Source: a virus
DNA: 64,000 nucleotides
IMG/VR virus record: IMGVR_UViG_3300029585_000037
Span: 1 to 64,000 of that record
Direction: 5' to 3' (one strand)
Below are positions 36,475-44,410 of the stretch, piece by piece. A program made the translations under genes and the position numbers. Each line of letters begins with the position of its first letter. Position 1 is the stretch's first letter. Under the pieces are notes generated by a model, which saw only the letters and a program-made list of their open reading frames with translations, was not told where the DNA came from and made no database searches.

Positions 36475-36546
36475 TCTACATTAGCTCAGTAGGTAGAGCA
36501 ACAGAGACTAATCTGTAGGTCACTGGTTCGAGTCCAGTATGTAGAT
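36475..36546 (+). tRNA. tRNA-like gene with canonical acceptor, D and T arms but a 6-nt anticodon loop (GACUAA); identity undetermined
   Basis: TCTACAT-TA-GCTC-AGTAGGTA-GAGC-A-ACAGA-GACTAA-TCTGT-AGGTC-ACTGG-TTCGAGT-CCAGT-ATGTAGA-T; 72 nt; no encoded CCA. Confidence 0.6.
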
Positions 36547-36569
36547 CAAATTTATGTTCTTTTACATTT

Positions 36570-36915
36570 GGGGGTGCTTGGTTTTGACAGGTACGAAATT
36601 TAAAACAATTAGTCAAGGTATATGGTTGTGAATACCTTTAAAATTCCATCTAAATTTTAAATGGCAAAGTTTTAACAATGCCTTCTATGAATGCTCCGAT
36701 GAGAGCAGCTGCCTAATAGGTTCATAGACGAGTGACGACTACTTTGGAACAGAAAGTCGTAAGTTGTGCAGTTTGTCTATTCTGCCTATAAAGATAGTCT
36801 GGTGGAGTCATTCAGTTGACCTTATCTTGGACAGATGTAAAATGTATCCTATGACTATGAATAAATTGTTTTGAGTGGACTATTTTGGACGGCAGTTCGA
36901 CTCTGCCCACCTCCA
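36570..36915 (+). ncRNA. ssrA: tmRNA (ssrA), full length, with tag reading frame at 36663-36719
   Basis: 5' GGGGGTGCTTGGTTTTGACAGG and 3' GGACGGCAGTTCGACTCTGCCCACCTCCA match the conserved tmRNA termini; 7-bp acceptor stem with G3-U; T-arm GGCAG/TTCGACT/CTGCC; frame ...AAT GCT CCG ATG AGA GCA GCT GCC TAA TAG. Confidence 0.85.
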
Positions 36916-37136
36916 CGAAAATCCAACCGATAGGTAAGGTATTACTCAATACCGAACTGACTGCGGATAGGGTCAATAGGAGTTGCTTTTGGGTGAAGTG
37001 ACACGGAGTTTGTTAGACTTATATAACATGATGCATCGCTGCGCACCGTATTTGACGCTGCCAAAAAATCATGGGAGATTAATGGCTTGTCTTTCAAACT
37101 CCAACCCACCTATTGTTAACACCCAAAATTCATATT

Positions 37137-37385
37137 ATGTTAACAGAAACAGAACTTCAAGCGACTTTAGAAAAACAATCTAATGATGAATTAGACCTTT
37201 ATCAGAGAATGATGGAGATAATAAAAAGTTGTGTAGTACAAGAACACTGTGATACTGCAAAGAAAATGTTAGACCAAATTTCTAACACTAATGAGAATTT
37301 AGCAGCAGCGTTAATGTATCCATTAAGGCTTAAAAGAAGAGCCATAAGAAATATGAATCCAGAAATAAAGTATGAAGAAAGCTAA
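37137..37385 (+). CDS. hypothetical protein
   Basis: ORF open from 37113; Met at 37137 (MLTETELQ...) preferred; 14-nt overlap with the next gene. Confidence 0.5.
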   Translation: MLTETELQATLEKQSNDELDLYQRMMEIIKSCVVQEHCDTAKKMLDQISNTNENLAAALMYPLRLKRRAIRNMNPEIKYEES

Positions 37386-38001
37386 ATACATTATCTTAGA
37401 TTGCGAGACAGGTGGTTTAAGTCCTCAAGAAAATCCAATAACACAAATAGCGTTACTAACTATTGATAATACCTTAAAAGAAGTAGAACGCTTTGAAACT
37501 TTCATAAAGCCTTATGATGATTTGAAAATAACCAAAGGTGCTTTAGATGCAACAGGGTTGTCCATGGCTGATATAAATTCAGGAATATCGAATAAACAAG
37601 CTGTAAAAGTTTTAATAGATTATTTCAAAAAAGCTAAGGGTGGAAGTCATGCTTCATTAAAACCTGTAGTTGTAGGTCATAATGTACAATTTGATACTGG
37701 ATTTTTAGAATACTTATTCCAGTCAGCTAATGATGATTTTTGGAAATATGTTAATCCTACTACTGTAGATACTATGGTACTCACTAAGATGTTTAATCCT
37801 ACTATATCAAGCCTAAAATTAGGTATATGTTGTGAAGAAGTAGGTATTGATCTTCCAGATGCACATAAAGCTATGAATGATGTTATAGCAACTACAGATT
37901 TATTCAGAGTATATATAAACAAATTAAGAGATGCTGGAGATGTGACAGTATCTAATTCTAACAATGATAAACCTAAATCAAGGGTAAAATTCCAATTTTA
38001 A
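37372..38001 (+). CDS. dnaQ: DEDDh 3'-5' exonuclease (DnaQ/epsilon-like proofreading subunit)
   Basis: ExoI YIILDCETGGL, ExoII VVGHNVQFDTGFL, ExoIII HKAMNDVIATTDLF. Confidence 0.8.
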   Translation: MKKAKYIILDCETGGLSPQENPITQIALLTIDNTLKEVERFETFIKPYDDLKITKGALDATGLSMADINSGISNKQAVKVLIDYFKKAKGGSHASLKPVVVGHNVQFDTGFLEYLFQSANDDFWKYVNPTTVDTMVLTKMFNPTISSLKLGICCEEVGIDLPDAHKAMNDVIATTDLFRVYINKLRDAGDVTVSNSNNDKPKSRVKFQF

Positions 38002-38003
38002 TT

Positions 38004-38750
38004 ATGTCTAAAAAAGAAAATGATAAGGTAACCAAAGACGTACCACAAACGTCAACGAGCAACCAGAAAAATGACCAACCTACTGATAAAGAGGTTCAAG
38101 AGAAAGTAATGAAGCGTGTGGATGAGATAGTCCAAGAGAAACAAGAAGAGGCAGATGCTAATTTTAAGTTTCTAATGATAGGTGGAAATGTACCTGAACT
38201 ATCAGAATCAATTTTAGCCTTAGCAGAAGCATCAGATCATCAAATTTCTGTATTTGAATTAGATAATAGTGAAATGTCTTTTATAACTAAGAGCCGAAGT
38301 GAAAAAAGAGCAGAAGAGTCAGCTGTAGATTTTCTGAAAGATGAAAAGAATATACAACATGCTAAACAGCAGTGTATAGAAATTAAGAAGATATACTATG
38401 GTGATAAGGTTGAAAATCCTGAAGAGATTGAAGGCTGGATGGACAAAAGACGTTTAAAAAAGAAAGTTAATGCGAGTTGGAAACAATTAGATAGCTTATT
38501 ACAACATTTAGACTTATTTGGTATGGTTAAATGGGATACTGATAATCGACATAGATTTGATGTTACAATTGATCCAAATTTAATCATTAATAATAAAGTA
38601 AATGAGCTTGAACAACTATTAAATTTAGCGAAAGGTAAAATACTTGCTTTGTATGATGACAGAAGTCAAATGTCAGATGAGTCAAAGAAAGTATTAACGA
38701 GCCTTAAACGCAAATTTAATACGGACAGAGAATGGAACTTGAAACATTAG
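38004..38750 (+). CDS. hypothetical protein; positional candidate for small terminase subunit
   Basis: 248-aa ORF overlapping the terL start by 19 nt; no motif recognised. Confidence 0.5.
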   Translation: MSKKENDKVTKDVPQTSTSNQKNDQPTDKEVQEKVMKRVDEIVQEKQEEADANFKFLMIGGNVPELSESILALAEASDHQISVFELDNSEMSFITKSRSEKRAEESAVDFLKDEKNIQHAKQQCIEIKKIYYGDKVENPEEIEGWMDKRRLKKKVNASWKQLDSLLQHLDLFGMVKWDTDNRHRFDVTIDPNLIINNKVNELEQLLNLAKGKILALYDDRSQMSDESKKVLTSLKRKFNTDREWNLKH

Positions 38751-40405
38751 ATTATAGGGTACTCGACAAATTTGATAATGCCTTTTCAGTTGAAAAACTT
38801 GGAGAGGCATTTCGTATTTTAGATGAGATTATCGATGGATTAGATGAATATGGAATGCGTGAGCTTTTAGGTGGTAGAACTGCCGATATTGATAAAGTTT
38901 ATGCAGTTCTATTAGAAGAGATACTAAAGGTACTTTACGGACAAGAAAATCAGATAGATGAAAAATTAGGCTATTTCGACCATCTTACAGACAACATAGA
39001 GAATGTATTATGTACAGAAAATCTTACATATTTTATCATTTCTAAGATACCAGAATTTGAACTAAACTGGCATCACTTAGAATGGGGAGACATAGCTCAA
39101 AGATACGATAAATTTAACATAATTGCAGCACGTGACCATGGTAAGAGTTTCTACTGGAGTAATGCTTATCCAATATGGAAGATGTGGAGATATCAGTCAG
39201 CAAACAATGCACGTAAAGACTTAAAATTATGTAAAAAAGGATTTATGTTTTCATTTTCTCAAGAACAGGCAATAGACCTCTTAGAGATTATGAAAAATAC
39301 AATAGAAGATAATGATAGTTTACGTGAAAGGCTATTTCCAGGCAAAGGTGATGGTTGGGCAAAAACAGAGATAGTTTGTAAGAATGGAGCCAGAATGAAA
39401 ACAAAAGGTTTTGGATCATCTGTACGTGGAGCTCACCCTGGATATATAATAGTAGATGATGGTTTAAAAGATAATGTAATTTACAGTTCAGTACAACGTA
39501 AGAAGTCTATAGATTATTTTCATGCGGTGATTATGAATATGATTGTTCCTAAAGGACAAGTTGCTGTTGTAGGTACTCCATTTCACTCTAATGATTTATA
39601 TGGAGATTTGAAGAGTAAAACAGGTTGGCATGTTCGTGAATATCCAGCTATATTTCCAGATGGTAAAATACTATGGCGTGAGCGTTGGGGTTTTAAGGAA
39701 CTTTTAGACAAACGTGAAACGCAAGGTAATTTAATATTCTCAAGAGAAAATCTTGTAAAACCTGTAACAAATGAAAGTACGATATTTCCAGATGAGGTTA
39801 TCAGAAGAGCCTATGTTGGAATGCAAGATTATACATTTAGTCATAGTAGAGATGGGTTTAAGATGAAATTCGATAGAGTTGTAACAGCTGTCGATTTTAG
39901 TATATCATCTTCAGTTGGAGCCGATTATACTGTAATCATGACTGCTGGAGTAGATGATAAAGATAACATTTGGCTGATGAACATTACCAGATTTAAAGGT
40001 AAGAAGTTTGCTGAGCAAATGGCTGTAATGAAACAGATAAATACAGCTTTTAAGCCTGATGTAATGATGATGGAAGATAACGTATTCCAACAGATATTTG
40101 TTCAAGAAAGTGATCGAGCAGGACTACCAGTTCAAGGTCATACGACTGGTAAGAATAAATACGACTTAAAAGCTGGTTTGCCAGGATTAGCAATACTTTT
40201 TGAACGTGGTAAGATTAGAATACCAAGAGGTGATCAAAACTCAATAGATATGAGTGATTTATTAGCTTCAGAGTTATCGAGTGTAACTTGGACTGAAAAA
40301 GGATTAGAGGGTGTTGGGGAACACGATGATATGGCGATGTGTATGTGGATACTATCTTTAGCTGCCAAGAAACTAACTACTGGATTCAGTTTTAAATTCT
40401 TATAA
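38732..40405 (+). CDS. terL: Terminase large subunit
   Basis: Walker A-like IIAARDHGKSFYWS, Walker B GYIIVDDG, RNase-H-like nuclease half (AVDFSISS..DYTVIMT, HDDMAMCMW). Confidence 0.8.
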   Translation: MELETLDYRVLDKFDNAFSVEKLGEAFRILDEIIDGLDEYGMRELLGGRTADIDKVYAVLLEEILKVLYGQENQIDEKLGYFDHLTDNIENVLCTENLTYFIISKIPEFELNWHHLEWGDIAQRYDKFNIIAARDHGKSFYWSNAYPIWKMWRYQSANNARKDLKLCKKGFMFSFSQEQAIDLLEIMKNTIEDNDSLRERLFPGKGDGWAKTEIVCKNGARMKTKGFGSSVRGAHPGYIIVDDGLKDNVIYSSVQRKKSIDYFHAVIMNMIVPKGQVAVVGTPFHSNDLYGDLKSKTGWHVREYPAIFPDGKILWRERWGFKELLDKRETQGNLIFSRENLVKPVTNESTIFPDEVIRRAYVGMQDYTFSHSRDGFKMKFDRVVTAVDFSISSSVGADYTVIMTAGVDDKDNIWLMNITRFKGKKFAEQMAVMKQINTAFKPDVMMMEDNVFQQIFVQESDRAGLPVQGHTTGKNKYDLKAGLPGLAILFERGKIRIPRGDQNSIDMSDLLASELSSVTWTEKGLEGVGEHDDMAMCMWILSLAAKKLTTGFSFKFL

Positions 40406-40406
40406 A

Positions 40407-40979
40407 ATGAAAGTATATAATTTTCCATCTAAATTTCTATTTCAAACAAAAGTAGAAAATCATAAGGAACTTAAAAATCAACTTTTTGATAAGATAATAG
40501 ATTTATCAAAAAAGAATGAAAAAGAATATAAACAAAATCATGATACTTGGGATTGTAAAGTATTAACAAGTTTCTTTGATCCAGACTCAGCTGTTATATT
40601 TAATGAAAATCCTGATTTGTATGATGCTATTTGGAAAGCGTTTGATGAAATGTTAGGTAATGTAATTTTAAATTCTAAAGTGCCAAAAAGTAAGCTAAAT
40701 AGAATATGGTTTAATCTTTACAAAAAAGGATATAACCAAGAGGTACACCAGCATTGTGGTAGTGATTTTTCAGGAGTTTATATATTACATTGCACAGAGC
40801 CTAACAAGACAGTATTCTATTCAAATGAAAATCATAGATTGCTAAATAAGACATTAAAAACAGAAGATGTAGAAGAGGGTACTATATTATTATTTCCATC
40901 TCATCTATCTCATTATGTAAATGAAATACAAGATGAATTAAGAGTTACAGTAGCTTTTAATATCACTTGCGAAGTTTAA
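40407..40979 (+). CDS. 2OG-Fe(II) oxygenase family protein (TIGR02466/2OG-FeII_Oxy_5-like)
   Basis: VHQHCGSDFSGVYILH and LLFPSHLSHYV...RVTVAFNI follow the H.H...SGVYY / FPS.L.H / R.S..FN pattern. Confidence 0.6.
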   Translation: MKVYNFPSKFLFQTKVENHKELKNQLFDKIIDLSKKNEKEYKQNHDTWDCKVLTSFFDPDSAVIFNENPDLYDAIWKAFDEMLGNVILNSKVPKSKLNRIWFNLYKKGYNQEVHQHCGSDFSGVYILHCTEPNKTVFYSNENHRLLNKTLKTEDVEEGTILLFPSHLSHYVNEIQDELRVTVAFNITCEV

Positions 40980-40996
40980 TTTAAAAAATATATATT

Positions 40997-41287
40997 ATGA
41001 GTAAAAAGACAGTTTTAGTATTAAATGGAATTTCATATGTGTTGATGAATCAACAAATTTATGAAAGAAACGGAATTAAGTACAAAAATTCTTACTGGTT
41101 AGAGGGTGCTGGATATGATACAAATGATGATGGTAAGATAGCTAACATAACATTTGAATGTAAAATTCCTGAAGGGTGTTCTGATGTTGATTTAGGAAGT
41201 CTTAATCCAGATTGTTTAATTAAGAATGAAAACGGTTCATTAGAACTTATTTCAGAAATTAATGAAGAAGCAAAAATAGCTGCTTAA
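40997..41287 (+). CDS. hypothetical protein
   Basis: 96-aa ORF followed by a strong terminator. Confidence 0.5.
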   Translation: MSKKTVLVLNGISYVLMNQQIYERNGIKYKNSYWLEGAGYDTNDDGKIANITFECKIPEGCSDVDLGSLNPDCLIKNENGSLELISEINEEAKIAA

Positions 41288-41304
41288 AAACAATAAAATT
41301 ATTG

Positions 41305-41341
41305 AAAATCCTACTTTATGAAAATTTAGTAGGATTTTTTT
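41305..41341 (+). terminator. rho-independent terminator
   Basis: AAAATCCTACT/AGTAGGATTTT 11-bp perfect stem, 12-nt loop, T run. Confidence 0.75.
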
Positions 41342-41382
41342 ACACCTTATAATATGTATTAAATGTACAAAATCAAAAAATA

Positions 41383-41438
41383 TTTACAAAATAATTGGTC
41401 AAAAATTTTGTTAATTTACAAAATAGTTAGAATTTAGC
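41383..41438 (+). promoter_or_regulatory. class-A promoter/operator motif, copy 3 (upstream half displaced)
   Basis: TTTACAAAATAATTGGTCAAAAATTTTGTTAATTTACAAAATAGTTAGAATTTAGC; ends 28 nt before the ATG at 41467. Confidence 0.5.
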
Positions 41439-41466
41439 TTCAGATTTAACAATTAATATTTCAACA

Positions 41467-42021
41467 ATGGAAACTTTACAAACAACAGAATTAGGAAAAT
41501 CTTACTGGGCTGAAACAGGAGTATATCAAAAACAATATAGTGAATTATACGAGAAACATGTTCCAGCTTCAGGTATGGCAAAAACATTAAATGGAGAACT
41601 TATTAGAGCAATTAGCCGATTATTTTATGAGTATTGTAATAATGGTAATTGTAATGCTTGCCATGTAGAATATGCTACTGAAGAATATACTTGTCACGAT
41701 TGTCATGGAACAGGATATTATGATGAGGATGAAGAAGATGAATGTACAACTTGTTATGGTAGTGGAATTTATGAAGAAGAGTATGAAGAGGATGGTGAAG
41801 TAACTGAAATGTATGCTGCTTTTTTAGACTTAATAGAAGAGAATGTTCCTGATACTTCTAAAGAAGTTCAAGAAGTCCGAGAATTTATTTCAGAAAATCT
41901 TTATGGTAGTAGTCAATTTGGAGATAAGAATATGCAGAAGTACAACATACTTTGTGACAAGGTTATTTTCTATGTGCTAACCAACGATGATAAAGATTTA
42001 CCAGAAAATTACGATAACTAA
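41467..42021 (+). CDS. acidic protein with DnaJ-type CxxCxGxG zinc-finger repeats
   Basis: CHDCHGTGYY...CTTCYGSGIY. Confidence 0.55.
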   Translation: METLQTTELGKSYWAETGVYQKQYSELYEKHVPASGMAKTLNGELIRAISRLFYEYCNNGNCNACHVEYATEEYTCHDCHGTGYYDEDEEDECTTCYGSGIYEEEYEEDGEVTEMYAAFLDLIEENVPDTSKEVQEVREFISENLYGSSQFGDKNMQKYNILCDKVIFYVLTNDDKDLPENYDN

Positions 42022-42031
42022 TAAATAATCA

Positions 42032-42059
42032 GAAGAGGGTGTGTAAAATCATCCTCTTC
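42032..42059 (+). terminator. hairpin (weak terminator, no T run)
   Basis: GAAGAGGGT/ATCCTCTTC 9-bp stem, 10-nt loop. Confidence 0.3.
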
Positions 42060-42075
42060 ATAATAAAACTCAATC

Positions 42076-42222
42076 ATGATAAAGAAGATATATTCAGACT
42101 TAAAAGAATGGTGGAATGATAATCCATGGGAATTCATTGGAAATTTTCTATTTGTATTACTTATATTTACCTTATTCTATGGAATTATGTTACTACATGC
42201 TGTAGCTACAGGAAATTATTAG
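42076..42222 (+). CDS. 48-aa single-pass membrane peptide (below ORF-track cutoff)
   Basis: Hand translation MIKKIYSDLKEWWNDNPWEFIGNFLFVLLIFTLFYGIMLLHAVATGNY; ends before class-A motif copy 4. Confidence 0.45.
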   Translation: MIKKIYSDLKEWWNDNPWEFIGNFLFVLLIFTLFYGIMLLHAVATGNY

Positions 42223-42231
42223 ACAAAATAA

Positions 42232-42275
42232 TTTACAAAAAATTTTGTAGTTACAAAACAAATATCGAATTTAGC
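42232..42275 (+). promoter_or_regulatory. 44-nt class-A promoter/operator motif, copy 4
   Basis: TTTACAAAAAATTTTGTAGTTACAAAACAAATATCGAATTTAGC; ends 28 nt before the ATG at 42304. Confidence 0.55.
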
Positions 42276-42303
42276 TGTATATTTAATCATAAATACTTAA
42301 AAG

Positions 42304-43035
42304 ATGGAAAGTAAAATTTTAGACAAAATCAAGAAATTAGTAAAGAAACAACAATCGGCTGAAGAGTTAGGTTCAGTTAAAGAAGCAGAGATATTTGCTT
42401 CTAAGGTTCAAGAACTTCTTAACAAGCATAATCTGTCTATGTCTCAGTTACCTAAAGACAAAATTCAAGAAGAGGTGACTGATAATATCTTAAAGAGAAA
42501 AATACCGAGTATTGGTGGTAATTCTAATATGCAGATACTTTCTGCTATAGCAAGAAATAACTGGTGTAAAGTATATTCTTATGGTAAGGCGAGTTCTAAT
42601 CAATGTATCCTTATAGGAAGTCCTGAAAATGTTGAAGTTGTTAAATATATTGCTTCAGTAGTAACACCTATATTCGTAAGAGCAAGTAAGGATGCTTATC
42701 AAGAATATTTAGCTGATTATGGGCCAGTTATAGGCTTAGATACTTACCAGAGACGATTTATAATGGGTGCAGCTGAAGGGTTGAATGATAAATTAGCTGC
42801 TGAAAAAGAAAAATTTGTAGCTGAAAATAATTGTACTGCACTTGTGAGAACAAATGAAGTAGCTATTACAGATTATGCTGAAAATAAGTATGGTAGTTCA
42901 TCCAGAGGTCGTAAAACTGTAACTAATCGTGCAGCAGCTGGAGCGTATGATAATGGATACAAAACTGGAAAGAATGTATCTATCAACAAAGGAGTTGGAA
43001 CTACCAAACCGATAAGCAGAGGTTTGTTGAAATAA
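42304..43035 (+). CDS. DUF2786-like protein
   Basis: N-terminus LDKIKKLVKKQQSAEELGSVKEAEIFASKVQELLNKHNL matches the remembered DUF2786 pattern (KI.KLLAL...GN..EAE.A..KAQELL.KH.I). Confidence 0.5.
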   Translation: MESKILDKIKKLVKKQQSAEELGSVKEAEIFASKVQELLNKHNLSMSQLPKDKIQEEVTDNILKRKIPSIGGNSNMQILSAIARNNWCKVYSYGKASSNQCILIGSPENVEVVKYIASVVTPIFVRASKDAYQEYLADYGPVIGLDTYQRRFIMGAAEGLNDKLAAEKEKFVAENNCTALVRTNEVAITDYAENKYGSSSRGRKTVTNRAAAGAYDNGYKTGKNVSINKGVGTTKPISRGLLK

Positions 43036-43046
43036 CAGTTATTAAT
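43036..43046 (+). promoter_or_regulatory. CAGTTATTAAT post-stop box
   Basis: Immediately follows the TAA stop at 43033-43035; identical 11-mer at 62747. Confidence 0.3.
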
Positions 43047-43048
43047 CA

Positions 43049-43085
43049 AAGCGTATAGAAGTTTATTTTTTATACGCTTATTTTA
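43049..43085 (+). terminator. rho-independent terminator
   Basis: AAGCGTATA/TATACGCTT 9-bp stem, 13-nt loop, ATTTT. Confidence 0.6.
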
Positions 43086-43094
43086 CATTTAAAT

Positions 43095-44147
43095 ATGAAG
43101 ACATCAGAACACTTAAAAGATATACTTGAAAAAGCACGTAAAGTAGGTGATACCAAAGTAGGTAAGGATGGTAAACAAAGAGTTTGGACAAAAACCCCAT
43201 CTGGATATGATTGGAGAAGAGTTAAAGGATCAGGAGATAAGTCTGCTGGCTCAAAAGCAACTGCCTCTACCAGTAAAAAGAAAGATGTTAAAAAACCTTT
43301 ACCTAAGTCAGGTAAACCTCAAGGAGCAATTAAAAAGAACTCTATTGCTGATAAGAAACCAAAAGATAATTCTATTGGTAAAATGATATCAATAAATAAT
43401 GATGTTAATCTTATTAGTATGTCTGATTTAAAAGACAAAAAATTAGAGGTTGTTGATGTAAAAAATGTTGAATTTGCATCTGGCTCAAAAAAATATTATA
43501 TTGTTAATTTTGATGGGGTACAAAGAGAAATATCAGAAGATTTAGCCAGTATTGATGATGGAGTTACAGTAGAACGTAATGATGATAGTAATTCTAAGTC
43601 TGAACAAGAAGATGAAGAAATTTTACAAGAAAGATTGAATAGAATAGATGGCGACCCATCAGGATTTAAGGGTGCTGGAGAACAAGTGGTTATCAGAAAA
43701 TTGAAAAATTCTGAAAATTATGAAGATTTTAAACAAAAATTATCTGATAGTTTCTTAGGTAAACAAAAGATGGGTAATTGGGGTAAATATAAGGTTGAAG
43801 AAAAAGATATTTCAAATTACGCAAATAAAATTTGGGGTAAAAAAGAAGATGATTTTAAGTTAGATGTAAAAGATATAGAGAATAAAATCCCAGAACCAGA
43901 TGTAACTATTGCAGTTTTGCAAGATATAGAGGTTGATAATGAAAATAAAATTATCAATATAAATAGACTTGCTTCAAGAGAAAGCAGACATCCAGGTGAA
44001 TATGGTAAAAGAGGTTTAAAAGCTGCTAAAAAGTTAGATGAATGGGAGAATGATGTAACTGATAAATTATCGAAATATAATTATACCATTCATTTTTCAG
44101 CTAAAATTGATGAAGTACAAAAAGCATTAGAAACTTTTAATTTATAA
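43095..44147 (+). CDS. hypothetical protein with N-terminal shared basic module
   Basis: MKTSEHLKDILEKARKVGDTKVGKDGKQRVWTKTPSGYDWRRVKG parallels the N-terminus of the 59681 protein; then a K/S/P-rich linker. Confidence 0.6.
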   Translation: MKTSEHLKDILEKARKVGDTKVGKDGKQRVWTKTPSGYDWRRVKGSGDKSAGSKATASTSKKKDVKKPLPKSGKPQGAIKKNSIADKKPKDNSIGKMISINNDVNLISMSDLKDKKLEVVDVKNVEFASGSKKYYIVNFDGVQREISEDLASIDDGVTVERNDDSNSKSEQEDEEILQERLNRIDGDPSGFKGAGEQVVIRKLKNSENYEDFKQKLSDSFLGKQKMGNWGKYKVEEKDISNYANKIWGKKEDDFKLDVKDIENKIPEPDVTIAVLQDIEVDNENKIININRLASRESRHPGEYGKRGLKAAKKLDEWENDVTDKLSKYNYTIHFSAKIDEVQKALETFNL

Positions 44148-44150
44148 ATT

Positions 44151-44399
44151 ATGTTAGACAAAATATTAGAAATTCTTGGAAACAATCCTACAGTTAGTAT
44201 AATAGCAGTAGCAGTCATACTTATTGTATTTATGTACTTATTTAGAGATTTAATCAAAAAGTACCTATCTAAAAAGTTTAATCTGTTTACAGAAGAGCAA
44301 GTTAAGGACTTTGCAAGATTTTATGAAAGAAACAATATGATGAAGACAAGCGAATTGCAAGAAGATTTGTTTGAGCTTTGGAAACAAGATAACAATTAA
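44151..44399 (+). CDS. small membrane-anchored protein
   Basis: TM helix PTVSIIAVAVILIVFMYLF. Confidence 0.5.
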   Translation: MLDKILEILGNNPTVSIIAVAVILIVFMYLFRDLIKKYLSKKFNLFTEEQVKDFARFYERNNMMKTSELQEDLFELWKQDNN

Positions 44400-44410
44400 A
44401 ACCTTATAAA

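Noticed and set aside
36475-36546. Alternative genetic code (stop-codon reassignment) suggested by a CUA-containing tRNA-like loop
   Set aside because: TAA, TAG and TGA all terminate ORFs exactly where the next coupled gene begins. Examples are TAG at 20940-20942, 21709-21711 and 24835-24837, and TGA at 15807-15809 and 16277-16279. Long genes also have no in-frame stops under the standard code.
36570-36915. Interpretation of the ssrA-like sequence as a phage attP (partial tmRNA 3' end) marking a temperate phage
   Set aside because: The complete 5' acceptor half, the tag frame and the 3' T-arm/acceptor are all present and complementary. No integrase is present in the window.
36983-37183. 66-aa ORF downstream of the tmRNA
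   Set aside because: It starts at TTG and lies in the GC-rich, hairpin-containing non-coding stretch. It also overlaps the credible 37137 start. It is treated as non-coding.
42126-42314. 62-aa ORF spanning class-A motif copy 4
   Set aside because: It reads through the conserved 44-nt promoter/operator motif and into the next gene start. The 48-aa membrane peptide ORF (42076-42222) fits the space better.
43168-43386. Alternate-frame ORFs inside longer genes (43168-43386 and 62391-62576)
   Set aside because: They are fully embedded in longer ORFs whose frames carry the conserved modules, and there is no independent support.
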